Assembly (NCBI GenBank): GCA_002269645.1
Contig: NIVC01001052.1
Location: 163,433 to 227,432, forward strand
Length of the DNA stretch: 64,000 nt
Direction: 5' to 3'
Origin: Macrostomum lignano
Lineage: Eukaryota
Part shown: in pieces, positions 13,876-24,928 of the stretch
How the letters are laid out: each line of letters starts with the position of its first letter
Position numbering within the stretch: the stretch's first letter is position 1
Program-made: the position numbers and the translations under genes
Notes under the pieces: model-generated
Database searches by the model: none
What the model was told of the DNA's origin: nothing
What the model saw: only the letters and a program-made list of their open reading frames with translations

Positions 13876-14162
13876 TTTAGTTTGACCTTAAATATTTAGT
13901 TATAGGCCTAGACTATAATTTAACTAGGGCCTAGGACTAGAAATGGTCAACAAAATGAAAAAAATTAAATTGTGGGTTGATGGTCATTTTGTCTGCTGCC
14001 AGTTTGTCTGGCCTTCTTTTGTCTACAAAAATACAAGGCAGTTGTTATTTGTCCAGTGACCGGACAAATAGCCTTTTTGCTATTTGTCCGGTTAAATTGC
14101 TAACACAAGTATCATTTGTTTCACTAGGCCCTATTTGATTCACTATGATGTCATGCAAAACA

Positions 14163-14194
<32 letters not shown>

Positions 14195-14612
14195 AGTTGG
14201 CTCAGGCAAGAAGCCTGTTTGGCCAATATATTTCTATGTATTTAAGATTGCTTCAGGAATAGGAGACAATATTTTAGCACTAGTTATTTAATTATGATTA
14301 GTACGAGTTTTGCAAAATGGTATTTGAAAGAACGCGGAAAAGTTATTAACGATACTTGGACGACTAACGAAGCGAAAGAAAAAGCAAGGAGTTAAAAAAA
14401 GTATTGCAGTTAATAAAAGTAAAAACGAAAGAAAAATGAACAAAAACGAACTTCGAAGGGACTTTACGTTAAGCGAATGACGACGATTTAAATAGGTATT
14501 AGATAGGAAACTAATTAAATACTAATTAAGTGCTAATTAAGTAGGAAATTAAAAATGGGAAAGGCGGATTTATTTCACTGCTGATATGTCTGTTTCAGTT
14601 TGCATAACTGTT

Positions 14613-17600
14613 TTAGCTATTCATGACTTCATATATTTTAGCTACACCAGTGAGCTCTTTTCTGACTCTTTTTTCATTTGTAGCATATCCTAACTTGTGT
14701 ACTTGCTTGTCATTTAGGAGGTACTGACAGAAGTATTTTTTTCTGAACTTTTCGGTTTGTGGACATTCGGTCAAGTAGTGTAGGATATCGGAACCATTTC
14801 TCGCTCCACACAGTCTACATGGTTCATGAGAGAAAATGTTGGGTGTAATTTCGCATTTCAGTTTTAGGAGGGTTGTTAGGAATTTTTTGTTTCTAAAAGT
14901 GCATGGAAAGTAATCTGAAAGGTCAGGCCTGCAGATTTTTTTGTAGAGATAGGCGTTTTTATAGAGTTTAATATGTTGCTGATTCTCTAGCTTTTGGCTA
15001 AGTTCTCTTTCTCTGTGTATCTTGAGGTGCTTTTTCACTAGGTATTTCTCGTTATTAAAGCTTTGGGAAAGTTTATCTTCAGTTAGTGCTTTTAAGTCTA
15101 TACTTTCCAGTTTCTTTAGTATATTTGTTTTCCATGGATTTTTTTGGCTGGTGTTTGAGTAGAAAATTTCTAGTGTCGTTTGGCAAAGTTTTTGATGTCT
15201 AATCTTCAGCCAGTAGGTAAGATAGGTTTTAGCAATTCGTTGGGAGATTGGAGTAAGCTCAAGTTCTGATGATATCACACTGTTGCTAGCAAATTTTGGT
15301 AGATTGAGGAGATATTTGTAGAATTTCAGCTGAATGTTATCAATAGCTTTTGTTTCAGAAATGGTAGCCAGAGGGCCCCAGAGCTCACAGCCGTACGTGA
15401 TAACGGGGGTGACAAGCGCGTCGAATAGTCTGCGAATGAGTGTGATGTCCAGGGACGTATTTTTTACCTTGTGGAGTAGGGAAAACATAGCTGAATAACC
15501 CTGCTTAGTTTGATGTTCAATACATTTTTTAAAGCTGTTTTTTGGTTCAAAAATAATTCCCAGGTATTTAAATTCATTTACTTCCTCTATTTCTTGGTTG
15601 TCGTAGATTATTTTTGTAGCAAAACTTTCTGTGTCATTTTTTTGTCTGGTACTGCCCTGCATAAACTTTGTTTTGCTTGCATTAACTTTCAAGTAGTTTT
15701 GCTTGCAGTAATTTTCCATAGTTGTAAATGTGTCTTGAAGTTCATCTTTGTTTTTAGCTAGAATGGCTTGATCGTCCGCAAAGAGCAGGATGAGTGGGAA
15801 AGCAGATCTCGTAAGAGAGCGCCTAGCGCTAGAGAGTTCAAGATATTCAACAATGTCGTCAATATATAGTTCAAAAAGGATGGTAGAGAGAGGGTTACCT
15901 TGAAGAACACCTTTAGATATTGGGATTGGCTGGGTTTCATCATCATCATCATCTTTCTTTAGAATGAAACAGGCATTTTTATGCATGTTCTTGATAAGTT
16001 CTGTCATTTGACCTTTAATACCTTGGTTATCCGTTTTGTGCCAAAGGGTCGGTTGATTTAAGCTATCGAAGGCTTTTTCATAGTCAACAAAACCGATAAA
16101 GAGTTCATTTTTGTTGTAGATGGACTGGTTTATAATGTTGTAAAGATTAAAACATTGGTCGATTGTGCTGTGATTGGGCTTGAAACCGTATTGGTATTTT
16201 GATATAAGATTGTTAGCATATGCTAGGTTTTCAAGTCTGGATTTAATAATTTGGCAAAAGAGCTTGCCAAAAATTGGTTGAATGCAGATTCCTCTGTAAT
16301 TGTTGGGGTCGGCACTGCTGCCTTTGTTTTTATAAATCGGATGAAGAGTATTTGTAATCCAACTAGTTGGAAAGGTTCCTTGTTTGAGTGCTTCGTTGAA
16401 AAGTGAGCATAGGAGGTCAGTAAGTTCGTTTTCAAGGTATTTGAGTGTTTCTACATATACTTTATCATGCCCAGGTGCTTTGTCGGTTTTGAGCTTTTTA
16501 ATATGTTTTATAACTTCTTCTTTGGTGAATGGGGCATTGAAATCCTCTAAATTAGTCAGAATAGGGTTGTCAAGGTGAAGATTGTATGCTAGTCTAATGC
16601 TGCTGTCTTGTTCAGTTACAAGATTTTGAAAGTGTATGACAAATTTTTCGTCAATTGCTGCATTGTTATTGGGGCGGTTATGTGGTTTCAGTAATTGCCA
16701 AAGCTGTCTTGTATCATTTTGAATATAAGCCTGGTTGATCATGTTTTCTGCACACAGTATTGATTCATGTTTCCAAGAAATCAAGCTTTTTTCATATGTT
16801 TTTTTAAGCTGTATTTTGGATGCGAGGTTGCTACTTGTGGGGAACATCTTATATCTTCTGCTGGCATGCCTGGTGGCATTTCTCAGGTCTTTAAGAAATT
16901 GTGGCAATGCTGAACAGAGAGGGTTTTTTGTTTCTACTGTGATTTTACTTTGGATTTGCTGAACTTTCTTGCTTAAATTATGGATGAAAGCTGGGTTTTG
17001 CATGTCGAGATTTGGGATTTTATTCTCCAGATCCTTTAGATCATCTGAGAAGCAATTGATATGTTTTTCTTGTTGTGGGGTGGGTTTATCTAGTTTTCTT
17101 AATATCCGGAATTTTGTTCTTTGGTTATTGGTTGCTTGTTTTGTTTCTGTAATCTCTGCTGTGAATTTACATGATAATGAGAGTATAATTTGATTGTGGT
17201 CACTAAGGTAAGTATGGTTTCTTACTTTAAAGTCTTCAAAGTGCTCAAGTAAGTTGCTAGAGACAAAACAGAGGTCAATTACAGATGAACCAGTTTTGGA
17301 GATAAAGGTAAGTGTTCCAGTTGCATCAGATAGGGATCTACCATTGATTATATGCAAGTTATATGAGTTTGTGATTTGGTTTAATAATCTACCACTTTTA
17401 CAGGTTTTTTTGTCTTGGCTTTGCCTATAGAGTGAGATATTTTTTGCCTTTAAAGTGCTTATTCTATGCAAATCTATATGATCAGTATTGTAAGTATGTG
17501 CATTAAAATCTCCCACCAGGATTATGTTTTCTTCAGAATGATGTGCATCAAGTATTAGTGCTAACTGTTCCCAAGACTCTTCTTCATAGTATTTTGAAGA

Positions 17601-18197
17601 TGTTGGTGGTATGTAAGAGTTGATAACAGTGAAATTTTTGCTTTTGTCCTTTTTGTTTTTAAAGTTTAATGTCAAAAAATTGTTGTAATTATTGAATGAC
17701 TCAGTCACATTGAAATGTGTTTCTAGTGATTTTTTATAAGCAGTCAGTAGGCCGCCAGATGCCCTACCAGTAGAACTGCTTCCTTTTTTGTTTGCAGACT
17801 TTTGGAAAATTGTGTAGTTGTCACGCAATTTGTCAGTGCTGAGAAGCCTATCATTGCTTTTTGTGTCAATTATCCAAGTTTCTTGAAGGCAGAAAATATC
17901 ATGCTTAAAAATTGGTTCAGCTTCTAACAATTCAAGCTTGGGAATCATCACTGAGTCTTTTATAGTATAAAGTCCTGTAATATTCCAACTGCTAATTGTG
18001 AAATTTTGTTTAATCTTTTTAATATTGAGTTCAGAGAGTTTTGATTTAGTGTTTTGAGATATTTTTATGTTCCTATGAGTGATACTATTATTAATCAAGA
18101 TAAGATAATCTCTAGTGTACTGAATCCGCTTCTTTTTAGTCCTATTAGCATCAGTAGATTTATTAATACATCTAGTATCAAAAAGGTCGGAAGTCAA
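14613..18197 (-). CDS. LINE ORF2: APE endonuclease + reverse transcriptase + C-terminal CCHC-like finger (1194 aa open frame)
   Basis: SWNITGL, CLQETW, LVGDFNAH, SVIDLCF, SDHNQI (APE). QYGFKP, FVDYEKAFDS, GVLQGNPLS, LLFADD, FKYLGI (RT). CRLCGARNGSDILHYLTECP at the C-terminus. Confidence 0.96.
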   Translation of the reverse strand: MTSDLFDTRCINKSTDANRTKKKRIQYTRDYLILINNSITHRNIKISQNTKSKLSELNIKKIKQNFTISSWNITGLYTIKDSVMIPKLELLEAEPIFKHDIFCLQETWIIDTKSNDRLLSTDKLRDNYTIFQKSANKKGSSSTGRASGGLLTAYKKSLETHFNVTESFNNYNNFLTLNFKNKKDKSKNFTVINSYIPPTSSKYYEEESWEQLALILDAHHSEENIILVGDFNAHTYNTDHIDLHRISTLKAKNISLYRQSQDKKTCKSGRLLNQITNSYNLHIINGRSLSDATGTLTFISKTGSSVIDLCFVSSNLLEHFEDFKVRNHTYLSDHNQIILSLSCKFTAEITETKQATNNQRTKFRILRKLDKPTPQQEKHINCFSDDLKDLENKIPNLDMQNPAFIHNLSKKVQQIQSKITVETKNPLCSALPQFLKDLRNATRHASRRYKMFPTSSNLASKIQLKKTYEKSLISWKHESILCAENMINQAYIQNDTRQLWQLLKPHNRPNNNAAIDEKFVIHFQNLVTEQDSSIRLAYNLHLDNPILTNLEDFNAPFTKEEVIKHIKKLKTDKAPGHDKVYVETLKYLENELTDLLCSLFNEALKQGTFPTSWITNTLHPIYKNKGSSADPNNYRGICIQPIFGKLFCQIIKSRLENLAYANNLISKYQYGFKPNHSTIDQCFNLYNIINQSIYNKNELFIGFVDYEKAFDSLNQPTLWHKTDNQGIKGQMTELIKNMHKNACFILKKDDDDDETQPIPISKGVLQGNPLSTILFELYIDDIVEYLELSSARRSLTRSAFPLILLFADDQAILAKNKDELQDTFTTMENYCKQNYLKVNASKTKFMQGSTRQKNDTESFATKIIYDNQEIEEVNEFKYLGIIFEPKNSFKKCIEHQTKQGYSAMFSLLHKVKNTSLDITLIRRLFDALVTPVITYGCELWGPLATISETKAIDNIQLKFYKYLLNLPKFASNSVISSELELTPISQRIAKTYLTYWLKIRHQKLCQTTLEIFYSNTSQKNPWKTNILKKLESIDLKALTEDKLSQSFNNEKYLVKKHLKIHRERELSQKLENQQHIKLYKNAYLYKKICRPDLSDYFPCTFRNKKFLTTLLKLKCEITPNIFSHEPCRLCGARNGSDILHYLTECPQTEKFRKKYFCQYLLNDKQVHKLGYATNEKRVRKELTGVAKIYEVMNS

Positions 18198-18245
18198 TGA
18201 AGTTCAAAAAGCTTTGATGAAGGGGACTCCCTTCTTATATGCAAT

Positions 18246-19088
18246 TCAAATGTTTTTCTCACCATCTTCTTTCCGTTTTTTCAGCTCTTTGATGACCTTC
18301 TGCTTGTACGTACGTTCCTTCTCTGTTAGGTCGTTCTCTATTCTGACTCTTTGATAGGCAGAACCAGTTTCCCGCAGGTTTTTTAGGTTGCCGAAGAAAG
18401 CTGCTTTGTCACTTTCGTTTGCAAGGCGAACAACCAGGGGCCTCGGCCGGTTGCTAAAAGGTTGCTCACGGCCAAGTCGTTTGGTGGCGATAATTGGCAC
18501 TGTTGATGGGGTGATCTTCAGTCCATCTCGTAGCAAGTTCTCAAGCTCCTCCGTCTCTTGCAATCCGAAAATTATTATATTATTTTTTTTAACATTTCGC
18601 AGATTCACTTCTTCTACAATCTCATCGAAGCTTATGTCGTACGTTATTGTTTGTTTGCCATTTTCGATTGACTCGAGCTCGGCGATGCGTTCCTCCAGGG
18701 CGTCCAGTTTAGTATTGATGGCTTTTAATTGCTCTATGTTGTTGATGAGCGCACGCGCGTGCACCTTACAGTCGCGACAGGTCCAGATGAGCCCATTGTT
18801 GCTGGGGCCATTAGCGATTGCGGTAAACACAGGCTTGGCTAGTCCAGAGCAGGCCTGGTGGCACCAGCGGTGACAGCTCTCGCACTCGATGCCCTCGTGG
18901 ACTTCAACGTTGCAAGCAAGGCAGCTACTGTCCTCGGTCTCTCGTCGGGATTTGGATCGCGGCGGAAGGGATGCACCTGTTGGTGAAACATCGTGGACTT
19001 CCGTGTCATTTTTTCGTTTGCCTTTTTGCGACATGTCGTTCTCGGATTGTGCGTTTTCATTTGACATTTGAAACATCCAATGAAACAT
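18246..19088 (-). CDS. LINE ORF1: PHD finger + coiled coil + RRM-like domain
   Basis: CLAC..IECESCHRWCHQAC..WTCRDC (PHD), then a heptad-rich helix, then NIIIFGLQE..RLGR..RPRPLVVRL..RIENDLT, typical of LINE ORF1 proteins. Confidence 0.92.
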   Translation of the reverse strand: MFHWMFQMSNENAQSENDMSQKGKRKNDTEVHDVSPTGASLPPRSKSRRETEDSSCLACNVEVHEGIECESCHRWCHQACSGLAKPVFTAIANGPSNNGLIWTCRDCKVHARALINNIEQLKAINTKLDALEERIAELESIENGKQTITYDISFDEIVEEVNLRNVKKNNIIIFGLQETEELENLLRDGLKITPSTVPIIATKRLGREQPFSNRPRPLVVRLANESDKAAFFGNLKNLRETGSAYQRVRIENDLTEKERTYKQKVIKELKKRKEDGEKNI

Positions 19089-20439
19089 TTTTCATTGGAT
19101 GTTTAAATTAAATATAATACTTCTTTGAAATGTTGCAACAAACAAAACTACGCATACAAAAGAGACATCTCACAATGACTCTTTGCAGGACTTGCAATAT
19201 CTTATTATAAAAAGTAGACTAACTAGTTATGTAGCTATATTTTACTTTTTCTTTTTGAAAAAGTCGTTTTGTCTGCCGGCCAACAAGAAGGCGGTAGACG
19301 AAATGATGACCAAAAGAAATTTCTTGATAAAAAATTTACCTGACAAAATAACATTCACTATTTCACACACCCTAGGCTTATTCGAATTAGTTGCTTTATA
19401 TTTATAAATAAGTCGACGAAATGAGGAATTGAAGCTCGATTAAAATAAAAGATGTCACATTTTTTAAAGACCTGACCCAATGTCAATGAAGTGCTATACA
19501 GGCTATTTATAGGCCTAAAAGCCTAGGCCTAAAAAGCTTTTTATGAAGATTGGTTCTAGAACCTGGTCGAACCAGAATAATTCCAATTACCAATTCCAGA
19601 ACTAGGGGCCTAGAATTGGCAGGAAAATGATAGGCCTAAGCTTCAAACCCATTTTTCTTTGTCATTCTTTATAATTTAATTTTGTCTTTCTTTGTCTTTG
19701 GCTTTATCTTGGATAGCCTATAACAAAAAACAGAGTTCTAAAAATATATCAATCATAAAAATTGAAGATTTCAAATATATATTGTAGGCTAGGCCCTACT
19801 GTTAAAATGTAAACATAATAATGGTCATGGATAGATCAATAAAATTTCTCAATCTCAAACTAAATTCTAGAACTGGATCACATCATCACGATCACAGTTC
19901 TGGATCTAGAACCAATTCTGAAAATGGAATAGAGTTTAATAGATAATGTGAAAAGCTTAGAACCAATTCTTAGGCCTAGGGCCTATTCTAAAATAGCCCA
20001 GGTAATATGAAAAGTCATTTTAAGCTTAGGTAGGCCTAACTTAGGCCTAGACCTAGTCTTGACCTAAGTATACATAAAGTCAAATACAACTTAGTTATAA
20101 TATATGGATAAGGGCTATCAAGTTAGTTGCTATTATATTTAATTGGTAAAAAAATACTAATTGCTGGAATAGTTATTTATTTGCTTTTTATTTTTCTATA
20201 CTCTATCTGCTAAGTTAAAAAAAAGAAATGGGATCACAGTTGCTAGCAATGACAGGTATTTTTTAGATGAAATGTTCCATGAATATGTTTTTGTCAACTA
20301 GGCCTATTTAGACAGAAACATCTTTATGGTCTGCTAGTACAATCAAAGAAGGCAGCAAGGCCATTGATAAGGCCTACTAGAGCTTGGCAGCTAGATGGCT
20401 CTATGAGTAGGCCCCTATCTATCATATATACGCAACCTT

Positions 20440-20572
20440 GGAAATCACTCAGCCATTTCTATTGGCAAAATACACATGTAAGTCACTATTGGTTAAGAGA
20501 AGTCACATGACTATTATTCTGTCCAATAGTGATTTACATGTGTGTTGCCAATAGAAATGGCTAGGTGAATCC
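20440..20572. repeat. ~130 bp imperfect palindrome directly left of the Merlin element
   Basis: GCCATTTCTATTGGCAAAATACACATGTAAGTCACTATTGG ... CCAATAGTGATTTACATGTGTGTTGCCAATAGAAATGGC. Confidence 0.8.
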
Positions 20573-20623
20573 TTAGGTTATGCCCAAGCCTAATCATGGT
20601 ATGCATGGCATGGTAGCATTTAT

Positions 20624-21697
20624 GGCATAACTATGGTTTTGTTTGTTATATTATTTCTTATTTCAAATTTGTTCCAGCGCACATAGAAATGGCACATTAT
20701 ATTATTTTAAGTTCAAAAAAGATGACCCACCACCAAAAAAGTTCAAATTAGAGTTCGAACTTACGAGAAAGATAATTAGACGGGATAATAGTGTGACACC
20801 CAGTAGAGAAAGTTGCCAAACACATTCCGTGGATATAGACGGTGCCACAGAAATTCCTGCAGATAAGTTTCAAATAGACCATCACTCGTCCCATACATGT
20901 TGCGAAACTTTGCCATTTGCCTTGTAATGCGCCCATGTTTCCTCAATAATGTTTGTATATACCGTTGGGTCCTAGGGTCCACAAAATGGAGCCAGTAGTT
21001 TACAGACGCATGATTTGGCAGTGCATTGTATGCAGCCCAACCATCTGCGATGATTCGTCATAGCCTTCAATGGCCTTCACGGTAGGCTCCAACATGATAT
21101 TTGCGATGAAAAAACTTGGACTTGTCTACTTCGACTTCTTGGCCAGGGCCGCCCAGCTCAACAGGGTGATCTAGCAGGTACTGGGCACAAATGTCTCGAC
21201 AGAAGTTACCCCAGTTGGCAACAGCATTGGGCGACAAGATGCAACACTGGCATTGGATTTCGTCGAACTGGACTCTCACAGACCACCAGTAGATATAGTC
21301 AACAATTTGCTGCAGGGTCAAATGTCTGGCTTCAAAAAAAGATCCCTTCCTTATAGAAACTTGGGCACGACAGTCTTTGCAGGCCTAGGCCAAGTTATCA
21401 ATAAACCGGGCACCTTCTCAGCGTTGCAAACGCATTTGAGCACCCGGCTTGCATCCACACTGCTGTTCATTGGCAAGCAGCCTGTAGGTGGCCAACCAAC
21501 GAAAGTAGCCAGCGTATCTGTTGTCACGGCTGCCAGGTCCCTTATTGTGAGGTCCAGTTGGCACAGCTTTGCAGGTGGATGCAAATTGCCTACCGGAATG
21601 ATCGTCGTAGGAGCTGATGGTCGTCTAGCCATTTCTATGTGCACTGGAATGAATTTGAAACAAGAAATAATATAACAAAGGAAACCATAGTTATGCC
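20624..21697 (-). mobile_element. Merlin (IS1595/ISXO2-like) DNA transposon, internally deleted, transposase pseudogene
   Basis: ~46-bp TIR GGCATAACTATGGTTT.. with 3 mismatches. 8-bp TSD GCATTTAT (20616-20623) / GCATTTAC (21698-21705). Fragments: LLANEQQCGCK..MRL, SIRKGSFFE, LGGPGQEVEVDKSKFFHRKYHVG, HFVDP, YLQEFLW, with frameshifts and stops. Confidence 0.9.
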
Positions 21698-22712
21698 GCA
21701 TTTACCTCGTATCTTGGTCTCTATGGTCTTAATGGAGCTAACTGCACTGATATAAGCATTATAACTTTCCTAAGGTCAGGCATTAACATAGTAGCATTGG
21801 CCTTGGCAACCTTGCTAGGGCCTAGATTATACACTTCAAGCTGAGTGGCTTTTGGGATGCCTTCTGCCTGAGGCTAAGAAATGTTACTTTTATATAAGAT
21901 GTCTCTGAGCCCTTAGCAGCTTATTCCCAGGTGCAATGGGCTAGAAACTGTGCTTGTCAGGCTATTAGACCAAAATCTAGCTATAGTTGGGTTTGTTGCT
22001 TGCTAGCAAATAGCCCCTAATTGAAGAAATGGCACATCTATGAGGGTAAGTCATGGGAGAGGTCTATAATAACAAGGCAATGACAATGTTGCTGGCCCTA
22101 CAAGAAAAGTAGGCCAGATAGACAATGAACCAAGAGTAGGCTAAGCAGAAAGGCAAGAACACTAAAAAAGCAAGAACATAGCAAAAAGGGAAAGGCAAGG
22201 AAGAGAACAGAGGCAGCCAAAAGGAGAAAAAAAGGAAAGAGAGAGAAAGAGGGAGAGCTGCAATTAGTAGCAGTCAGTAGCCCAAGAAGGCATGGAAACT
22301 GCTAACTAAAGTGGGGCATCTAATTATATAAACTAATAGTAAAAGAAGCACTTTTGCACATAACTGAAAAAAATTTGGCATGAATAGAAGTTGAAAATTT
22401 GATATAATATAAATCTATAAAAATTCTACTAGGGATTCTTTTGTAAAACTAATTTTGACTATACTTTTTATAATTCTATAAGCCAATACCCTATATATTA
22501 TGTTTTATATATAACCACTAGATCTAAGACTGCATAAATCCTTATACCAGAGCATATAGATGCTTAATACCTTAGAGTTGTAAGTCTAGATAACCAATCT
22601 GATTAGACTTTTGAATGCTGATTGAAGTGATCATTTGTAGCCTTTTATAGGCTTTTGCCACTTTTTTTATAAATGCTATATATAAAACTTCTGTATGCTA
22701 GATGGTATATGA

Positions 22713-23424
22713 TAGAGCTGTCAAAATTAGAGATTTTATTCAAGACGAGATTCGAGACGAGAAAGGCTTATAAGTCAAGAATTTCGAGACGAGACAAGTC
22801 AAAGTAAATCTAAAAAATATATTTCAGAATTGCATCTTGTCTTGCTCTTATCTTGTCTTATCTTGTCTTAAATTTCTTGATAAGATACTATTCTAAAGTA
22901 TATTTTTTAGATTTTCCAGAATACTTTCTTAATTCTAGTTTTAATTCTTTGCTATTTAGTATTTATTTATAAGCATTTATGCTTGTAGCGTATAGGCCCT
23001 TGGCTTTGGCCCTACTATGTCTATTACTAATTTGTCAAAAGACCTATGTAGATTGTCTTCGAGTCTGCTGTGATACACCTTGCCGCAGAACTGAATAAAT
23101 AACTAAAAGAGCGCATATGCAATGCAAACTCGTATATAACAACGTTCGTTAAATAACTAATATTGCTCGACATTGGCTAGACTTTATCATTTTACCATTT
23201 GAAAATTGCCCTATCAAGCGTGTTACAACAAACAGTTTTATTTATATGAAAATTTGCTACCCTTTTTATATCTTATCACTTAAAAGCTTTTGAAAAAAAG
23301 GTATCAGAAAAATTCTTGAATCTTGTCTCGAATTTCTTGACAAAATTCGAGATTTCTAGAGACGAGAAAAAATGTCGAGATCTTGTTTTGAATCTTGTCT
23401 CATTGAGATCTCGTGACAGCTCTA
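22713..23424. mobile_element. Non-autonomous hAT element (712 bp)
   Basis: 11-bp TIR TAGAGCTGTCA/TGACAGCTCTA. Perfect 8-bp TSD GTATATGA (22705-22712, 23425-23432). Subterminal GAGACGAG repeats at both ends. Confidence 0.92.
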
Positions 23425-24928
23425 GTATATGATAGTATATATAGAATCAAAAATAATTAAAAGTCAAATTGTTTCAAATGGAAAATTATATAACTTATAT
23501 ATCTAAGATTTTTGAAAGTTTGTGCACTTTGTTATATTGACGAAATTGTCAATAATTCAAATTATTCATTTCCTTGACCTAAGGCCATAATAGTATAGAG
23601 ATTCATATAACTTACTATCTCTCAGGCCAATTCCTTTGTTATAGCAAATACCAATTGGATTTGGCACTCATAAATGCAAACATAGGCATGAAATATAGGC
23701 ATGACAAAATGGTATAAATGTGCAATAATCTATAGAAATGTTTTTGATCTTATAGGAAAAATCAAAGGAATTGATTATAAAATGACAACTAGTATTCACA
23801 TAGGTTTAGATTGGGACTGTTAGGGGCTCTGCCAAATCATGGTGACAGAGGAAATCCTAAAAGAGTTGTGCAACATGCAGTTGAGCATTGTCCTGTTAGG
23901 CTCTAGCTTTGACTGCACTTTTCCTAGGCTCATTGCATGCCCTATAGACACTCAATGGTTTTAAGACTGACTTTGAATGAGTTTTTCTTGTAGCAAGCCA
24001 GTTTTTTAGTAGCTGTTTTTTATGGCCATTTTTGATTTAAGTGAAAAATTATGGAATAATAGCTTTTTTAGCAGAGTTATAGATTAAACGACAAGAATTT
24101 TGCTCCACCCAAAGTATTAAATGTAGCCAATCTAGAACAGCATATTGTTTTTTTCTCTAATTACTCTATTTCAAAGGGTTGTCCAAAAAAGGTTACTTTT
24201 TCTTATAACTCAAACAATATTCATGAGGCCATAGGCTCAAAGTCAAATTTAATATTTTTATAAAGTAAAAGTAGGCCTATCATTATTATTGAATGAACAA
24301 ATATAACAATGTTGGCAAAATCTACAAAGTAGACAAAATGTCAAAACATTATTATATATCAAAAGTTAAGGTCAAAGCATAAACTCAATTGCTAGCATTC
24401 CAATTGTCACAATGGCCATTTGCAAGCTTAGTAGGATGTCCCATAGCCAAAGAATGCATTTAGAAATTGGTATATATTGACCTAAAGAAAAGTATATAGT
24501 TATAAATGGTATGCCTTGTAGATATTAATAAAAAATCAGACTATTGTCATAATTGAATATATTCGACAATAACAAATAAAGACAAATAAACAAACTAAAT
24601 AAATTTCAATATGTATTTTTGTATACTCCTTTATATTTGACTTTATATTTGAGTCTTGTGCAGCTAAAGAGCCTTGCAAATTGAAAAAGTAAAGCATTTT
24701 TAACTATTTCTAAATTGATTCATTTAGTAGCATAAGATAGATAGAAGTTGCCTTTGGCTTATATGCTTTCTTTGAGATAATTTGCATATATTAGTAATCC
24801 AGGTATAAACATTGGTCAAAGGACTCAAAGGCATAATCATAGAAATAGAAATGCATTTGAAAAATTAGACTATAGTATTAATCTCCTTAATTGTAACAGT
24901 AATACTGGACAATAAAATATAGTGTCTT

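Larger units (their letters stand above)
14163..19190 (-). mobile_element. Near full-length non-LTR retrotransposon, RTEX-like (RTE group), with an (ACT)n 3' tail
   Basis: ORF1 followed by ORF2, a ~420 bp 3'UTR and an (AGT)n run at ~14163-14193 on + (tail on -). The 5' boundary is approximate and no TSD was found. Clade call rests on the KNKG..DPNNYRGI, LPKFASNSVISSEL and C-terminal CxxC..H..C motifs. Confidence 0.9.
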
